DNA of 64,000 nucleotides from an uncultured Chloroflexia bacterium (GTDB taxonomy: Bacteria > Chloroflexota > Limnocylindria > Limnocylindrales > CSP1-4): contig OY970149.1 of NCBI GenBank assembly GCA_963706095.1, forward strand, positions 1,859,398 through 1,923,397. The letters are read 5' to 3'. The notes beneath the pieces were generated by a model that was given only the letters and a program-made list of their open reading frames with translations, was not told the DNA's origin and made no database searches. Position 1 is the stretch's first letter, and the number at the start of each line of letters is the position of its first letter. The position numbers and the translations under genes are program-made. Below are positions 1 to 9,109 of the stretch, one piece after another.

Positions 1-436
1 TGAACTTGTCGGCTCCGGCTTCGCCCGAAGCCGTGTACAGAGTGATGTCCCCGTACTTGAGCCGGCCGCCGACGAACGAAGACCTGGTGCGCACGTCCGA
101 GATGGACTGCAGCAGTGAGTCGGTCTCCCTGCTTCGGATCAGGCCCTCATGACCGAGGACGCGGTGGTTCGTGACCTTCACCCAGGCGACGCGCCAGTTG
201 ACGATGTTGAAGACGATCCAGAGCACACCGCCGAGGAGCAGGCCGAGCCGCAGGAGCTCCATCAGGCGCCCCACGAAGCCCATGATGCCATCGGTTTGAT
301 CCGGCTGGAACCAGGCCAGCAGCGCCGCTCCGATCAGCAGCAGAATGGCCTTCCACGAGTCGGCAAGCGGGGATGCCCAGTGCTTCTCCGTGGCGAAGAT
401 GACTTCCTCGCCCTCCATGAGCGGGTCCTCTGCCAT
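1..436 (-). CDS. Bacterial PH-domain (DUF304/YdbT-like) membrane protein; 3' end lies outside the window
   Basis: Absent from the ORF track because it runs off the window edge. Reverse-strand ATG at 436-434 follows GGGAG, 4 nt after the stop of the upstream peptidase gene. My translation reads MAEDPLMEGEEVIFATEKHWASPLADSWKAILLLIGAALLAW..., then a second hydrophobic segment, then ...VKVTNHRVLGHEGLIRSRETDSLLQSISDV. This is the layout I associate with bPH_2 proteins. Confidence 0.55.
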   Translation of the reverse strand, partial: MAEDPLMEGEEVIFATEKHWASPLADSWKAILLLIGAALLAWFQPDQTDGIMGFVGRLMELLRLGLLLGGVLWIVFNIVNWRVAWVKVTNHRVLGHEGLIRSRETDSLLQSISDVRTRSSFVGGRLKYGDITLYTASGEAGADKF

Positions 437-440
437 GTTG

Positions 441-1814
441 TCAGCTCCCTCTGCTGCCGCTCGAGACCAGGTTCGAGATGAACAGTGCCTCGGCCACGGC
501 CATGCGCTCGATCTCGTTGGGATCGACGCTTTCGTTGGCGCCGTGGATGTTCGAGATCGCGTCTTCCGCACCGGTCAGCACGAACTCCGCGCCGGGAGAT
601 GCCGTGGCCAGGGTCTCGAGCAGCGGGATCGAGCCGCCGCTGCCGATCTCTGCCACGTCACGTCCGTAGGCGACGCTCATCGCCGCCTTCATCGCGCCCG
701 CGGCTGGCTTGGTCATGTCGACCTTGAATGGGTCACTGGCCTTGACGCGCGTGACCTCGACGTGGACGCCCCACGGCGCGCGGGCGCGCAGGAAGTCCAT
801 CAGCTTGGCCAGCTCGGCCTCGGGATCAGCGCCGGGTGCGACGCGCATCGCGACCTTGGCCCGAGCCGAGGGCAGCAGCACGTTTCCGGCCTCCGCGACC
901 GACGGCGCATCGAGGCCGATGACCGTCGCGTTCGGCTTGCTCCAGAGCTTGGTGGCGACGTCACCATCGCCGATGATCTCGACGCCGTCGAGCATCCCGG
1001 CCAGCCTGCGGAAGGTCTCCTCGGGATAGGGCGCGCCGTCCCACTGGAAGTGGTGTAGATCCGGGACGATGGTGTTGCCGCGCTCGTCCCACAGCCCGTC
1101 GAGGATTCGGATGAGCGCCACGAGAGCGTCCGGGGCGGCACCACCGAAGACGCCCGAGTGGATCGGATGGTCAACGGTCTTGGTCTCGACGATGCACTGG
1201 ACATGGCCGCGCAGCGAGCGCGTCAGCACCGGCTCGCCGGCCTGGATGTTGCCCATGTCGGCGATGACCATCACGTCCGCCTTGAACAGCGCCGGGTTTG
1301 CCTCAACGAACGCCTCGAGGTGGCTGAGGGTCTCCTCCTCGCCCTCGATGACGAGCTTGAGGGCCACCGGGAACTTGCCGTCGAAGAGTCGCGCCGTCAG
1401 GTAGTGGATCAGGATGCCGCTCTTGTCGTCAGCGGCGCCTCGGCCGAAGAGCCGGCCGTCGCGCTCGGTCAGCGTCCACGGGTCTGACTCCCAGCCCTGC
1501 TCCATCGGCGCCGGCTGGACGTCGTAGTGCGCGTACAGCAGGACGGTCGGCGCCCCGGCCGGTCCGGGCACGTCTGCGTATACGGTCGGATAGGCGCCGT
1601 CGCCAAGGTCCATCAGCCGCACGCCGGGAATGCCCGCGCTGGTGAAGAGGTCCTTGACCGCGTTGGCCATGCCATTGACTGGATCAGAGGGAAATCCCGG
1701 GAACGCGACGGAAGCCTGGCCGACGAGGGTGCGCAGCTCCTCCTTCGCCGCGGGCATCAATTCCTTCGCCTTGGCCTTGGTCGCCTCGGGATCGAGGCCG
1801 CTTACTGTCTGCAT
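441..1814 (-). CDS. M20/M25/M40 family metallopeptidase (dipeptidase-like)
   Basis: ORF 441..1922. Motifs HYDVQPA and GRGAADDKSG are present. I place the start at the internal ATG at 1814 (MQTVSGLDPE...) because AGGAGG lies 7 nt upstream. The 36 codons before it look like non-coding read-through. Confidence 0.85.
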   Translation of the reverse strand: MQTVSGLDPEATKAKAKELMPAAKEELRTLVGQASVAFPGFPSDPVNGMANAVKDLFTSAGIPGVRLMDLGDGAYPTVYADVPGPAGAPTVLLYAHYDVQPAPMEQGWESDPWTLTERDGRLFGRGAADDKSGILIHYLTARLFDGKFPVALKLVIEGEEETLSHLEAFVEANPALFKADVMVIADMGNIQAGEPVLTRSLRGHVQCIVETKTVDHPIHSGVFGGAAPDALVALIRILDGLWDERGNTIVPDLHHFQWDGAPYPEETFRRLAGMLDGVEIIGDGDVATKLWSKPNATVIGLDAPSVAEAGNVLLPSARAKVAMRVAPGADPEAELAKLMDFLRARAPWGVHVEVTRVKASDPFKVDMTKPAAGAMKAAMSVAYGRDVAEIGSGGSIPLLETLATASPGAEFVLTGAEDAISNIHGANESVDPNEIERMAVAEALFISNLVSSGSRGS

Positions 1815-1833
1815 GTGTGAATCCTCCTGATGG

Positions 1834-3171
1834 TCAAACGTGGGTTGGATGGTCGGCCGACCACTTGGCCAGGACCTTCTCCTTGCGCCGGTTCCAAACG
1901 AGATCCAGACCGATCGCGGCAAGCACCACGAGTACGAGGATCACGACGGTTGTTGGCGCGTCGATCCAGGTCGAGATAAGGAAGGCGGCGAATGTCAGTA
2001 CGGCCGACACGATCCCGATCCAGATCAGCCAGCGGTTGGCGCCCGTCTGGTCGATCAGGCGCAGGTGAGCAAGGCCGGCCATGATGAAGACCGCCAGCGA
2101 GACGGCACTGCCCAGCGACGCGATCGCGCTCAAGTCCATGAGCACCGAGACGACTGCTGTCAGTACGGCTGCGATGATCAGGCCCATGGATCCGCCAGGG
2201 CCGACCTTTTTGGCCAGGATCGGTGGCAGCATGCCGCTCTCACCCAGCTGCGCCGAGGCCCCGGTCGCCGCATAAAGGTTCGAGTTCAACGCCGACGAAG
2301 TTGCCAGAAGGGCGACCAGCGATACCGCGACGAAGCCCAGCTGACCAAAGACCGGTTGGGCCGCGACGGCGAGGGCGTTGTCGCCCGCCTCGATCACTTC
2401 GGCCGGCGTCAGCGTCCCGAACACGGCAAGGGCGATGGCGATGTACGTAATCGTCGCAATGACGATGGCCGCGTACATCGCGCGGCCCAGGTTTCTCTCC
2501 GGGTCCTTGATGTCCTCGGCGCTGAAGGCGATCACGCCGAAGCCGAGGAACGCGAAGAAGGTCAATGCGACACTGGCCAGGATCTTGCTGAGCGGTGGGT
2601 AGGTTGACGGGGCGAGGAGCTCAGGTTCGAGCTGGGTCAGGCCGCCGATGCTGAAGATCGCCAGCACCGTGAGCGTGACCACTACCAGGCTCGAGAGCTT
2701 GGCCACGGCCGACGATCCGGCAAGGTTGACGAGCGTGATGACGGCGATGATGGCAACCGTCAGCACCTTGGCGATGATCGGATCGGCGTTCTCGCCGAAG
2801 ACCAGCGACGAGGCGTAGCCGGCGAACGACACCGCGACCATCGAGGCGACGATGACCAGGGTGATCATCAGCAGCCAGGCGGTTGTGCCCGTCAGGTGTC
2901 CGGTTCCGAATCCCTGGACGATGTACTCGATCGTTCCGCCACGGCTCGGGAACTTGGTCCCGAGCTTGGCGAACGAGTAGCCCTGGAAGAGGCAGATCAA
3001 GCCGCCGATCAGGAACGAAAGCCAGACCGCGGATCCAGCGACCCTGCCCGCCTCTCCGAGCAGGGCAAAGATCCCGGCCCCAACCATCGCGCCAACGCCA
3101 AGGAAGATCGCTCGCGACGTGGTCAGTGTGCGCTCGCGAGCCGGCGCAGCCTCGCTATCGGAAGCGGTCAA
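1834..3171 (-). CDS. APC-family amino acid permease
   Basis: ORF 1834..3171, 445 aa, about 12 hydrophobic segments. N-terminal FLGVGAMVGAGIFALLGEAG is typical of APC permeases. TTG start 10 nt after the stop of the upstream Dcu gene. Confidence 0.8.
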   Translation of the reverse strand: MTASDSEAAPARERTLTTSRAIFLGVGAMVGAGIFALLGEAGRVAGSAVWLSFLIGGLICLFQGYSFAKLGTKFPSRGGTIEYIVQGFGTGHLTGTTAWLLMITLVIVASMVAVSFAGYASSLVFGENADPIIAKVLTVAIIAVITLVNLAGSSAVAKLSSLVVVTLTVLAIFSIGGLTQLEPELLAPSTYPPLSKILASVALTFFAFLGFGVIAFSAEDIKDPERNLGRAMYAAIVIATITYIAIALAVFGTLTPAEVIEAGDNALAVAAQPVFGQLGFVAVSLVALLATSSALNSNLYAATGASAQLGESGMLPPILAKKVGPGGSMGLIIAAVLTAVVSVLMDLSAIASLGSAVSLAVFIMAGLAHLRLIDQTGANRWLIWIGIVSAVLTFAAFLISTWIDAPTTVVILVLVVLAAIGLDLVWNRRKEKVLAKWSADHPTHV

Positions 3172-3181
3172 TCAAGTACCC

Positions 3182-4564
3182 CTATGCCGGCGGCGCAGTC
3201 GATGACCCGAACAGAAGCGTCGCAATGACGATGCCGGCGGCCACCGACACGACAACGCCGATCAGAAGCGATGGCTGGAAGGAGTGGTTGATCACGAACT
3301 TGCCGATCTTGGTGCTGCCCGTCTCGTCGATGCTGATCGCCGCGAGCTGGGTGCCGTTGGCGGGCAGGAACAGCACCGCGGCCACGGCCTGCCACATCGC
3401 GATCAGGTACTGCATCGGCACGCCGAGGGCGATGCCGATCGGGATGATCGTGCGCGTGGTGCCCGACTGGCTGGTCGTCAGTGCGGCGACGATGAAGATT
3501 GCTCCCACGATCGCGATTACGGCCACGAATGCGGCGGAGTTCTCGATGACGCTCTGCAGCGCTGCGACGATCGCCGGCTCGTTGGCGGCGACGAACGTGT
3601 CGGCAAGCCAGGCGAGACCGAAGAGGGCGATCATCGCGACCATGCCTGCGCCGAACATCTGCTGCTTGGGCACGTCGCCGACCTTGACCTTGGTCACCAC
3701 CAGCATCAGCGCCGCGACCATGAGCATGACCAGCTGGATCATCGTCGTTGAGTCGGGCGGAGCGTCGCCGAAGGTATAACCCAAAGTGTTCGCGAAGAAG
3801 TCGAGGATCGGCTGCTTGAAAAGGCCGTAGAAGACGATGACCATCACCCCGGTCAGGAAGATGATCGCCGAGGTCATCGCGGTTGCGGGCAGCTCCACGG
3901 GTTCCCCGTCGTCGGCCTTGGGAGGCTCGATCTCGCCTGCCGCCAGGCGCCGCTGGTATTCGACGTCATCGGCAAGGCTCTTGCCCATTCGGGACTGGAC
4001 GACGGAGAAGACCATGATGGCGATCAGCGACGCGGGGACCGTAATCAACAGTACCTGCGCCAGCTCGTAGCCGCCAACGGCCGTCAAAGTGATCATGGCC
4101 GCCATTGCGGCCGATACCGGCGAGGCCGTGATCCCGAACGCTGAGGCGACCGTCGATGGGCCGAGGGCCTTCTCGGGCCGGATGTTGTTCTCGTAGCAGA
4201 GCTTGTAGATGACGGGGATGAGCGGGAAGAAGATGTTGCTCGTGCCGGCCAGCATGGTGAACACGAACGACACCGGCGGCGCGACATAGACCACGGCCGA
4301 TGGCCGCGCCTCGAGGATCTTCTTGGCGATCGTGACCAGGTACTCGATGCCGCCCGCGGCTTGCATAACCGAGGCGGCAGTGATCACCGCGATGATGACC
4401 AGGATGGCCGAGGTCGGCGGCGAGCCAGGCGGCAGGCCGAAGCCGAAGATTAGGACGAGCGTTCCTGCCGCGCCCCAGGCGCCCAGGCCAACGCCTCCGG
4501 CGCGCACGCCCATGAAGATGAAGACGACGACTACGAGCGCTTCTAGCCAGAATTTGAGGTCCAC
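3182..4564 (-). CDS. Anaerobic C4-dicarboxylate transporter, DcuA/DcuB family
   Basis: ORF 3182..4564, 460 aa. Collinear similarity to E. coli DcuA as I recall it (…GVRAGGVGLG…, …SVMQAAGGIEYLV…, …MLAGTSNI…PVI…, …ITASPVSAA…). GTG start with GGGAGG upstream. Confidence 0.85.
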   Translation of the reverse strand: MDLKFWLEALVVVVFIFMGVRAGGVGLGAWGAAGTLVLIFGFGLPPGSPPTSAILVIIAVITAASVMQAAGGIEYLVTIAKKILEARPSAVVYVAPPVSFVFTMLAGTSNIFFPLIPVIYKLCYENNIRPEKALGPSTVASAFGITASPVSAAMAAMITLTAVGGYELAQVLLITVPASLIAIMVFSVVQSRMGKSLADDVEYQRRLAAGEIEPPKADDGEPVELPATAMTSAIIFLTGVMVIVFYGLFKQPILDFFANTLGYTFGDAPPDSTTMIQLVMLMVAALMLVVTKVKVGDVPKQQMFGAGMVAMIALFGLAWLADTFVAANEPAIVAALQSVIENSAAFVAVIAIVGAIFIVAALTTSQSGTTRTIIPIGIALGVPMQYLIAMWQAVAAVLFLPANGTQLAAISIDETGSTKIGKFVINHSFQPSLLIGVVVSVAAGIVIATLLFGSSTAPPA

Positions 4565-4618
4565 TGTGTGACGCCTCCCTCTAGATGACTGGGGCTACGT
4601 GGGGCGCGCTGGCCGCGT

Positions 4619-5035
4619 TCATACGTTGCATCCGAGCTCGGATCCGAGTGCACGCCACGCCGCGGCGACGGCGTCGAACTCCTCGCTCAGCAGGTCGCGA
4701 GCGTTTTTAACTGAGGTTCCCTCGGGCAGCTGGCCAGCTGCCGTCTCGAGGTCGCGCATTGCCGACGCAAGGGCCGCGACGCGCTCCTCGCTGAATTCGC
4801 CCAATGCTTCCTTCAGCTCGTCATAAGCCGCGACCGACGCCGCCGCAGCGATCTTGACGTCATCGACAGGTGACGAGGCATCCATTTGTCGCAGCGACGT
4901 CAGCGACGCCTCGAGTGATGCTGCGGCGTCACAGACAGGGTCGGGATTCGGCGTCCCAGCCGGGCGCGCGCCGACACAGCCGGCCGTGACCGCCACCAGC
5001 GCGATTGCTGCGAGCAACACCTTCGCCAGGTTCAT
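4619..5035 (-). CDS. Small lipoprotein, unknown function
   Basis: ORF 4619..5035. Signal peptide with lipobox (LVAVTAG|C). Predicted helical, Ala/Glu-rich mature part. Confidence 0.6.
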   Translation of the reverse strand: MNLAKVLLAAIALVAVTAGCVGARPAGTPNPDPVCDAAASLEASLTSLRQMDASSPVDDVKIAAAASVAAYDELKEALGEFSEERVAALASAMRDLETAAGQLPEGTSVKNARDLLSEEFDAVAAAWRALGSELGCNV

Positions 5036-5044
5036 TGCCTCCTC

Positions 5045-6154
5045 CTACGCCGCGGGCTGCGTGACGATCTGGACCAGGTGGCGCGTGCCGTTGATCAGGT
5101 CCTCGACCTTGATGGATTCGTTCGGCCCGTGCTCTTCGGCCATGCCTGTCGAGAGCGCAACGCAGGGGATGCCGGCCGCGTTGTAGACGTTGCCGTCCGT
5201 GCCGCCGCCGCTCTGGCGTTTGCGTGCCTCGATGCCCAGCGCCTCCGCGGCGCGTGCCGCCTCGACGAAGGGCTTGCTGTCGAAGGGGATGAGGTAGGCG
5301 CGGTAGATGTCATCGCGGTCGATCGTCACCGTGGCGCCGCGATCGGCCGCGGCCCTCTCGAACGCGGCGATCATCAGCTCGACCTGGCGGTCGAGCTTGT
5401 CGTTGGCGCGGCTGCGAACCATGGCCTCGATGTGGCAATCATCGGGCACCACGTTACGCGCCTGGCCGCCACTGATCGTGCCGATGTTGGCGACGGTCTC
5501 CTCGTCGATGCGTCCGAGCTGCATGCTGGAGATGGCGGCCGCAGCGACCTCGATCGAGCTGATCCCCTTCTCGGGCTCGACGCCGGCGTGGGCGCGACGG
5601 CCCTTGATGTCGACCGCGAGATAGGTCGTCGATGGCGCGTTATAGGTAATCGATCCGATCGGGTCGCCGGTGTCTAATACGAACCCGTACGCTGCCTTGA
5701 GTTGGCTCTTGTCCATTGCGCGGCTGCCGCGCAGGCCGGATTCCTCGCCCACCGAGACCACGATCTCCAGCGGCGGGTTCGACCAATCCGGATTTGCCTC
5801 GAGCAGCGTCAGCAGCTCGATCAGGCCGGCCAGGCCGCTCTTGTTGTCCGCGCCGAGGATGGTTTCGCCCTTGCTGCGCACGACGCCGTCCTCGATGACC
5901 GGCTGGATGCCCGTGTCGGTGCCGGCCGTGTCCATGTGGAACGAGAGCAGGATCGTGTCCGCGGCACGACGCCCTGGATAGTCGGCAATCAGGTTGCCAT
6001 GCTCGTCGCGCCGCACACTGGCTCCAAGAGCCGTCAGGCGGCGCTCCAGCTCGGCGCCGATCTGCTCCTCGTGTCCGGTCGGGCTGTCGATCGCGATCAG
6101 CTCGAGCATGGTGCGAAGGACACGGTCGCCATCGACCGAATCCGCAGGTCGCAT
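5045..6154 (-). CDS. M20-family peptidase, tripeptidase (PepT)-like
   Basis: ORF 5045..6154, 369 aa. Motifs HMDT and GADNKSG (variant of GADDKAG) are present. AGAGGAGG lies upstream of the ATG. Confidence 0.8.
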   Translation of the reverse strand: MRPADSVDGDRVLRTMLELIAIDSPTGHEEQIGAELERRLTALGASVRRDEHGNLIADYPGRRAADTILLSFHMDTAGTDTGIQPVIEDGVVRSKGETILGADNKSGLAGLIELLTLLEANPDWSNPPLEIVVSVGEESGLRGSRAMDKSQLKAAYGFVLDTGDPIGSITYNAPSTTYLAVDIKGRRAHAGVEPEKGISSIEVAAAAISSMQLGRIDEETVANIGTISGGQARNVVPDDCHIEAMVRSRANDKLDRQVELMIAAFERAAADRGATVTIDRDDIYRAYLIPFDSKPFVEAARAAEALGIEARKRQSGGGTDGNVYNAAGIPCVALSTGMAEEHGPNESIKVEDLINGTRHLVQIVTQPAA

Positions 6155-6278
6155 CCAACCTCCTCTGGCGGCGTCGGCGACAAGCCGCCGCTCCTATCAA
6201 ACCGTGCCACCACAGGGTACGTGGCGCGATAGGGCAGGCGCTCCTATGGCGGGGGGTGTGCGCCACTCCCCATGGAAT

Positions 6279-7124
6279 TCAGCCCGTCTGGTCCTCGCGC
6301 CGAGAACCGATCATCTCGCCGCCATCGACGCCGAGAATGTTTCCCGTCATCCAATGCAGGCCGGGCGCCGCGAGGGCGACGATCGCCTCGCCCACGTCTT
6401 CGGGGCGCGTCAAGCGTCCGCCCGGGTTGCGCTGCTCGGCGACGGCCCGCAGCTCCTCGTGGCCCGGGATCCTGCGCAGCGCCGGCGTGTCAGTCACGCC
6501 TGCTCGAATGGCGTTGACGGTGATGCCGTGCTGGATGAGCTCTAGCGCCAACTGGCGGACGTGAGCCTCCAGCGCGGCCTTTGCTGCCGACACCGGACCG
6601 TAGGTCGGGACCGCGCGTGATGCCCCCTCGCTGGTCATCGCAAAGACGCGCGAGCCGTCGCCAAGCATGCCCGCGTGGAAGAGGTCGCGCGTCCAGTACA
6701 CGAGCGAGTGCGCCATCACGTCGGCGGTCATCTCGAGCTGCTTCTGGCTGACCTCCTTCAGCGCTGGATTGCTGGTGACGTAGGAGAGCGTCGTACCGAA
6801 GGCGAGCGAGTGGAGCAGCACCGCCACGAACGGATCCTTGCCCTGGGCACGGCGCTCTTCGAAAAGCTGGCTCGTGGCTTCGACCACGCCGCGTCGCTTC
6901 TGCTCGTCAGCGGCATTGACATTGTGGAAGGCAACCGGCGCGCCCAGCGAAGCGATCTCGTCGCGGACTGCCTGAGCCGCAGCAACGGTGCCGCGCAGGT
7001 CCAGGTGAACGCCCACGATGCCGTAGCCGGCGGCCGCCAGGGATATGCCGGCCGCCGCACCGAAGCCGCTGCTGGCACCCAGGATCACTGCCCAGCGTTC
7101 GCGGTCGTCAGTCCGTGCTTCCAT
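6279..7124 (-). CDS. SDR-family oxidoreductase, enoyl-reductase-like (Y-x6-K)
   Basis: ORF 6279..7376. Start moved to the ATG at 7124 (MEARTDDRERWAVILGASSGFGAA...) so that the Rossmann motif GASSGFG is N-terminal. YGPVSAAK gives the Y-x6-K spacing. The upstream 84 codons overlap the divergent promoter region. Confidence 0.75.
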   Translation of the reverse strand: MEARTDDRERWAVILGASSGFGAAAGISLAAAGYGIVGVHLDLRGTVAAAQAVRDEIASLGAPVAFHNVNAADEQKRRGVVEATSQLFEERRAQGKDPFVAVLLHSLAFGTTLSYVTSNPALKEVSQKQLEMTADVMAHSLVYWTRDLFHAGMLGDGSRVFAMTSEGASRAVPTYGPVSAAKAALEAHVRQLALELIQHGITVNAIRAGVTDTPALRRIPGHEELRAVAEQRNPGGRLTRPEDVGEAIVALAAPGLHWMTGNILGVDGGEMIGSRREDQTG

Positions 7125-7185
7125 CACGGCCGAGTTTAGGCGATCGGCTGCGGGCTCCGACGCGTCGCGGTAGCCTGCGTCGTCG

Positions 7186-8418
7186 ATGCCCGATCCAGAC
7201 ATCGCGCTCCAGGCCGATGAGGCTGGGATCCGGCCGATGCGCACGCTGTGGTTGCTCAGCGCGGCGCACGCCGTAAACCACGCCCAGGCGGCATTGCTGC
7301 CGCTGGTGTACCTAGCGATCATCCCCGAGTTCGGCATAACCGCCGCCTCCATTGCTTTGTTGGCGGCCGTCGGCAACGTTGCCTCAGGGGTAGTCCAGCT
7401 GGCTTATGCGTGGCTGACGCGCGTGCGATCGCGGCGGGTCATCCTGACGGCCGGTGGCCTGCTGTTCGGCGGCGGCATGGCGGCACAGGCGCTCGCGCCC
7501 GGGTTCGGCCTGTTCTCGGCCGCCAATGTCGTCTCACGAGTTGGGGCATCGCCCCAGCATCCGGTCGGAAATGGCCTGCTGGCTGAGCAGTTCCCGAGCC
7601 ATCGCCAGGGCTTCGCCATCTCGGCCCACATCGCCGGTGGCAACCTCGGCACCGTGGTTGTGCCACTGCTCGGAGCGTGGCTCATCGCCGGTATCGGATG
7701 GCGCTGGACGGTCGTCCTCTTCGGCGTGCCGGCCCTGCTCATCGCGCTCGCCATCTTCATGCTGGTTCGGGAGTCCGGCGCCGACCGTGCGGCCGCGCTT
7801 GCCTATGGCTCGATCCGCTCCGCGCTCCAGGCCGTGCTGCGCGACCGCGATCTTCGGCTCGTCTTCCTATCCGCCGTGCTCGGCGGTGGCGGGCGCGGCC
7901 TGGGCGTCCTGAACGTCTTCGTGCCCCTCTACCTCACTCTCGTCATCGGACTGGACAGCATCACGGTCGCGCTGATGTACACGGTCCTGGTCGTGTTCAG
8001 CGTGCCCGGGCCCATCGTCGCCGGCTGGCTGTCCGACCGAATCGGCCGCAAGCCGTTGATCCTGGCCGCGTACGCCGGCGGTGCCATGGCCCTGGTCGTG
8101 TTCGTGGTCGCCGGCGACAACGTCGCGCTGCTGTGGCTGGGCATCCTGTTGATGGGCGCCTTCAACTTTGTCGAGAGCCCACAGCTCCAGGCGCTGCTGT
8201 CCGACCTCACGCCGCCGGCGCTGCGCGACGCTTCGTTTGCCGCCTACTTCACGCTGGCCTTCGGCGTGGGCTCGCTGTGGGTCGCCGTCTACGGCTGGGT
8301 CATCGCCTCGATGGGCGATGAAGCCGGCCTGCCCGCAACATTCCTGCTCATGGCGTTCGCCTTCGTGGCCGCGGCCCTGGCCGTGCTGCCCATCCGGATG
8401 CCTGCGGCAACGCGCTGA
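7186..8418 (+). CDS. MFS transporter
   Basis: ORF 7186..8418, 410 aa, about 12 TM segments. Has an MFS-type loop between TM2 and TM3 (LTRVRSRRVIL). Confidence 0.8.
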   Translation: MPDPDIALQADEAGIRPMRTLWLLSAAHAVNHAQAALLPLVYLAIIPEFGITAASIALLAAVGNVASGVVQLAYAWLTRVRSRRVILTAGGLLFGGGMAAQALAPGFGLFSAANVVSRVGASPQHPVGNGLLAEQFPSHRQGFAISAHIAGGNLGTVVVPLLGAWLIAGIGWRWTVVLFGVPALLIALAIFMLVRESGADRAAALAYGSIRSALQAVLRDRDLRLVFLSAVLGGGGRGLGVLNVFVPLYLTLVIGLDSITVALMYTVLVVFSVPGPIVAGWLSDRIGRKPLILAAYAGGAMALVVFVVAGDNVALLWLGILLMGAFNFVESPQLQALLSDLTPPALRDASFAAYFTLAFGVGSLWVAVYGWVIASMGDEAGLPATFLLMAFAFVAAALAVLPIRMPAATR

Positions 8419-8503
8419 CGCACTCCGGATCGGCCATCGGAGCGGGCTCGACTATACTTTCGGGGCTTCGAGGCGCGCGTCTCGCGCCGGAGCGACCCTC
8501 GGT

Positions 8504-8580
8504 CGGGGCGTAGCGCAGCCTGGTAGCGCACAGCGTTCGGGACGCTGGGGTCGCCAGTTCAAATCTGGCCGCCCCGACCA
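8504..8580 (+). tRNA. tRNA-Pro (anticodon CGG), CCA encoded
   Basis: Hand-folded cloverleaf: acceptor CGGGGCG/CGCCCCG, D stem GCGC/GCGC, anticodon stem CAGCG/CGCTG with loop TTCGGGA (CGG, G37), T stem GCCAG/CTGGC with loop TTCAAAT, discriminator A, then CCA. Confidence 0.93.
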
Positions 8581-8605
8581 ACTTCCTTTCCATCAAGCCT
8601 TCTAC

Positions 8606-8627
8606 GTATAGAACGTCGGTTCTATAC
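8606..8627. promoter_or_regulatory. AT-rich perfect inverted repeat GTATAGAAC-N4-GTTCTATAC between tRNA-Pro and the HNH gene
   Basis: Read directly from the sequence: 9-nt arms with a 4-nt spacer, 7 nt upstream of the HNH start. Function unknown (possibly an operator, hairpin or remnant of an attachment site). Confidence 0.3.
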
Positions 8628-8634
8628 TGGCCGA

Positions 8635-9057
8635 GTGTCGGACCTCGAACCCACCAAGAGATGTGGTTTGTGCCATCACCATAAGCCGCTACGTGATTTT
8701 CACAATCGCGGCCTTGGAAGGCAGAGTTGGTGCCGTCCCTGCCGCAAGCAATACGACGCTGAATACCACGCACGAACTCGTGCGCACAGAATGACCCGAA
8801 AGCGTCAACGGATCGTGGCTCACGTTGCTTGGATGCGAGCGTTGAAAGCGCGACCTTGCGTCGATTGCGGCGTGCAGTTCCATCCTGCCGCGATGACGTT
8901 TGATCACCTACCGGGCAGCGCCAAGGTCCTCGATATCGCCAGCCTCGTGAGGCGCGGCAGCATCGGCCTGGCAAGAGTTGAAATTGCTAAATGCGAAGTG
9001 GTCTGTGCCAATTGCCACGCCGTTCGGACGTTCGAGCGCAGGGCGAAGGCGGCCTAG
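8635..9057 (+). CDS. HNH endonuclease-like protein
   Basis: ORF 8635..9057, 140 aa. Cys pairs CGLC...CRPC and CVDCG...FDH...CANCH match a zinc-ribbon plus HNH signature. Visibly lower G+C than the flanks. Confidence 0.7.
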   Translation: MSDLEPTKRCGLCHHHKPLRDFHNRGLGRQSWCRPCRKQYDAEYHARTRAHRMTRKRQRIVAHVAWMRALKARPCVDCGVQFHPAAMTFDHLPGSAKVLDIASLVRRGSIGLARVEIAKCEVVCANCHAVRTFERRAKAA

Positions 9058-9109
9058 CCTGAACCTCGTGTGGACGGTCACGTCCTACTTCTGAGGCTAG
9101 GATCGAGGC

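Noticed and set aside
8423-8442. Hairpin CTCCG(G)AT-cggcc-ATCGGAG after the MFS gene as an intrinsic terminator.
   Set aside because: The stem is short and bulged, and no T-tract follows. It is not strong enough to annotate.
8348-8974. A 208-aa minus-strand ORF spanning the tRNA-Pro gene.
   Set aside because: It runs antisense through the tRNA (giving the typical ...RFELATP... translation) and through the HNH gene. It has no independent support.
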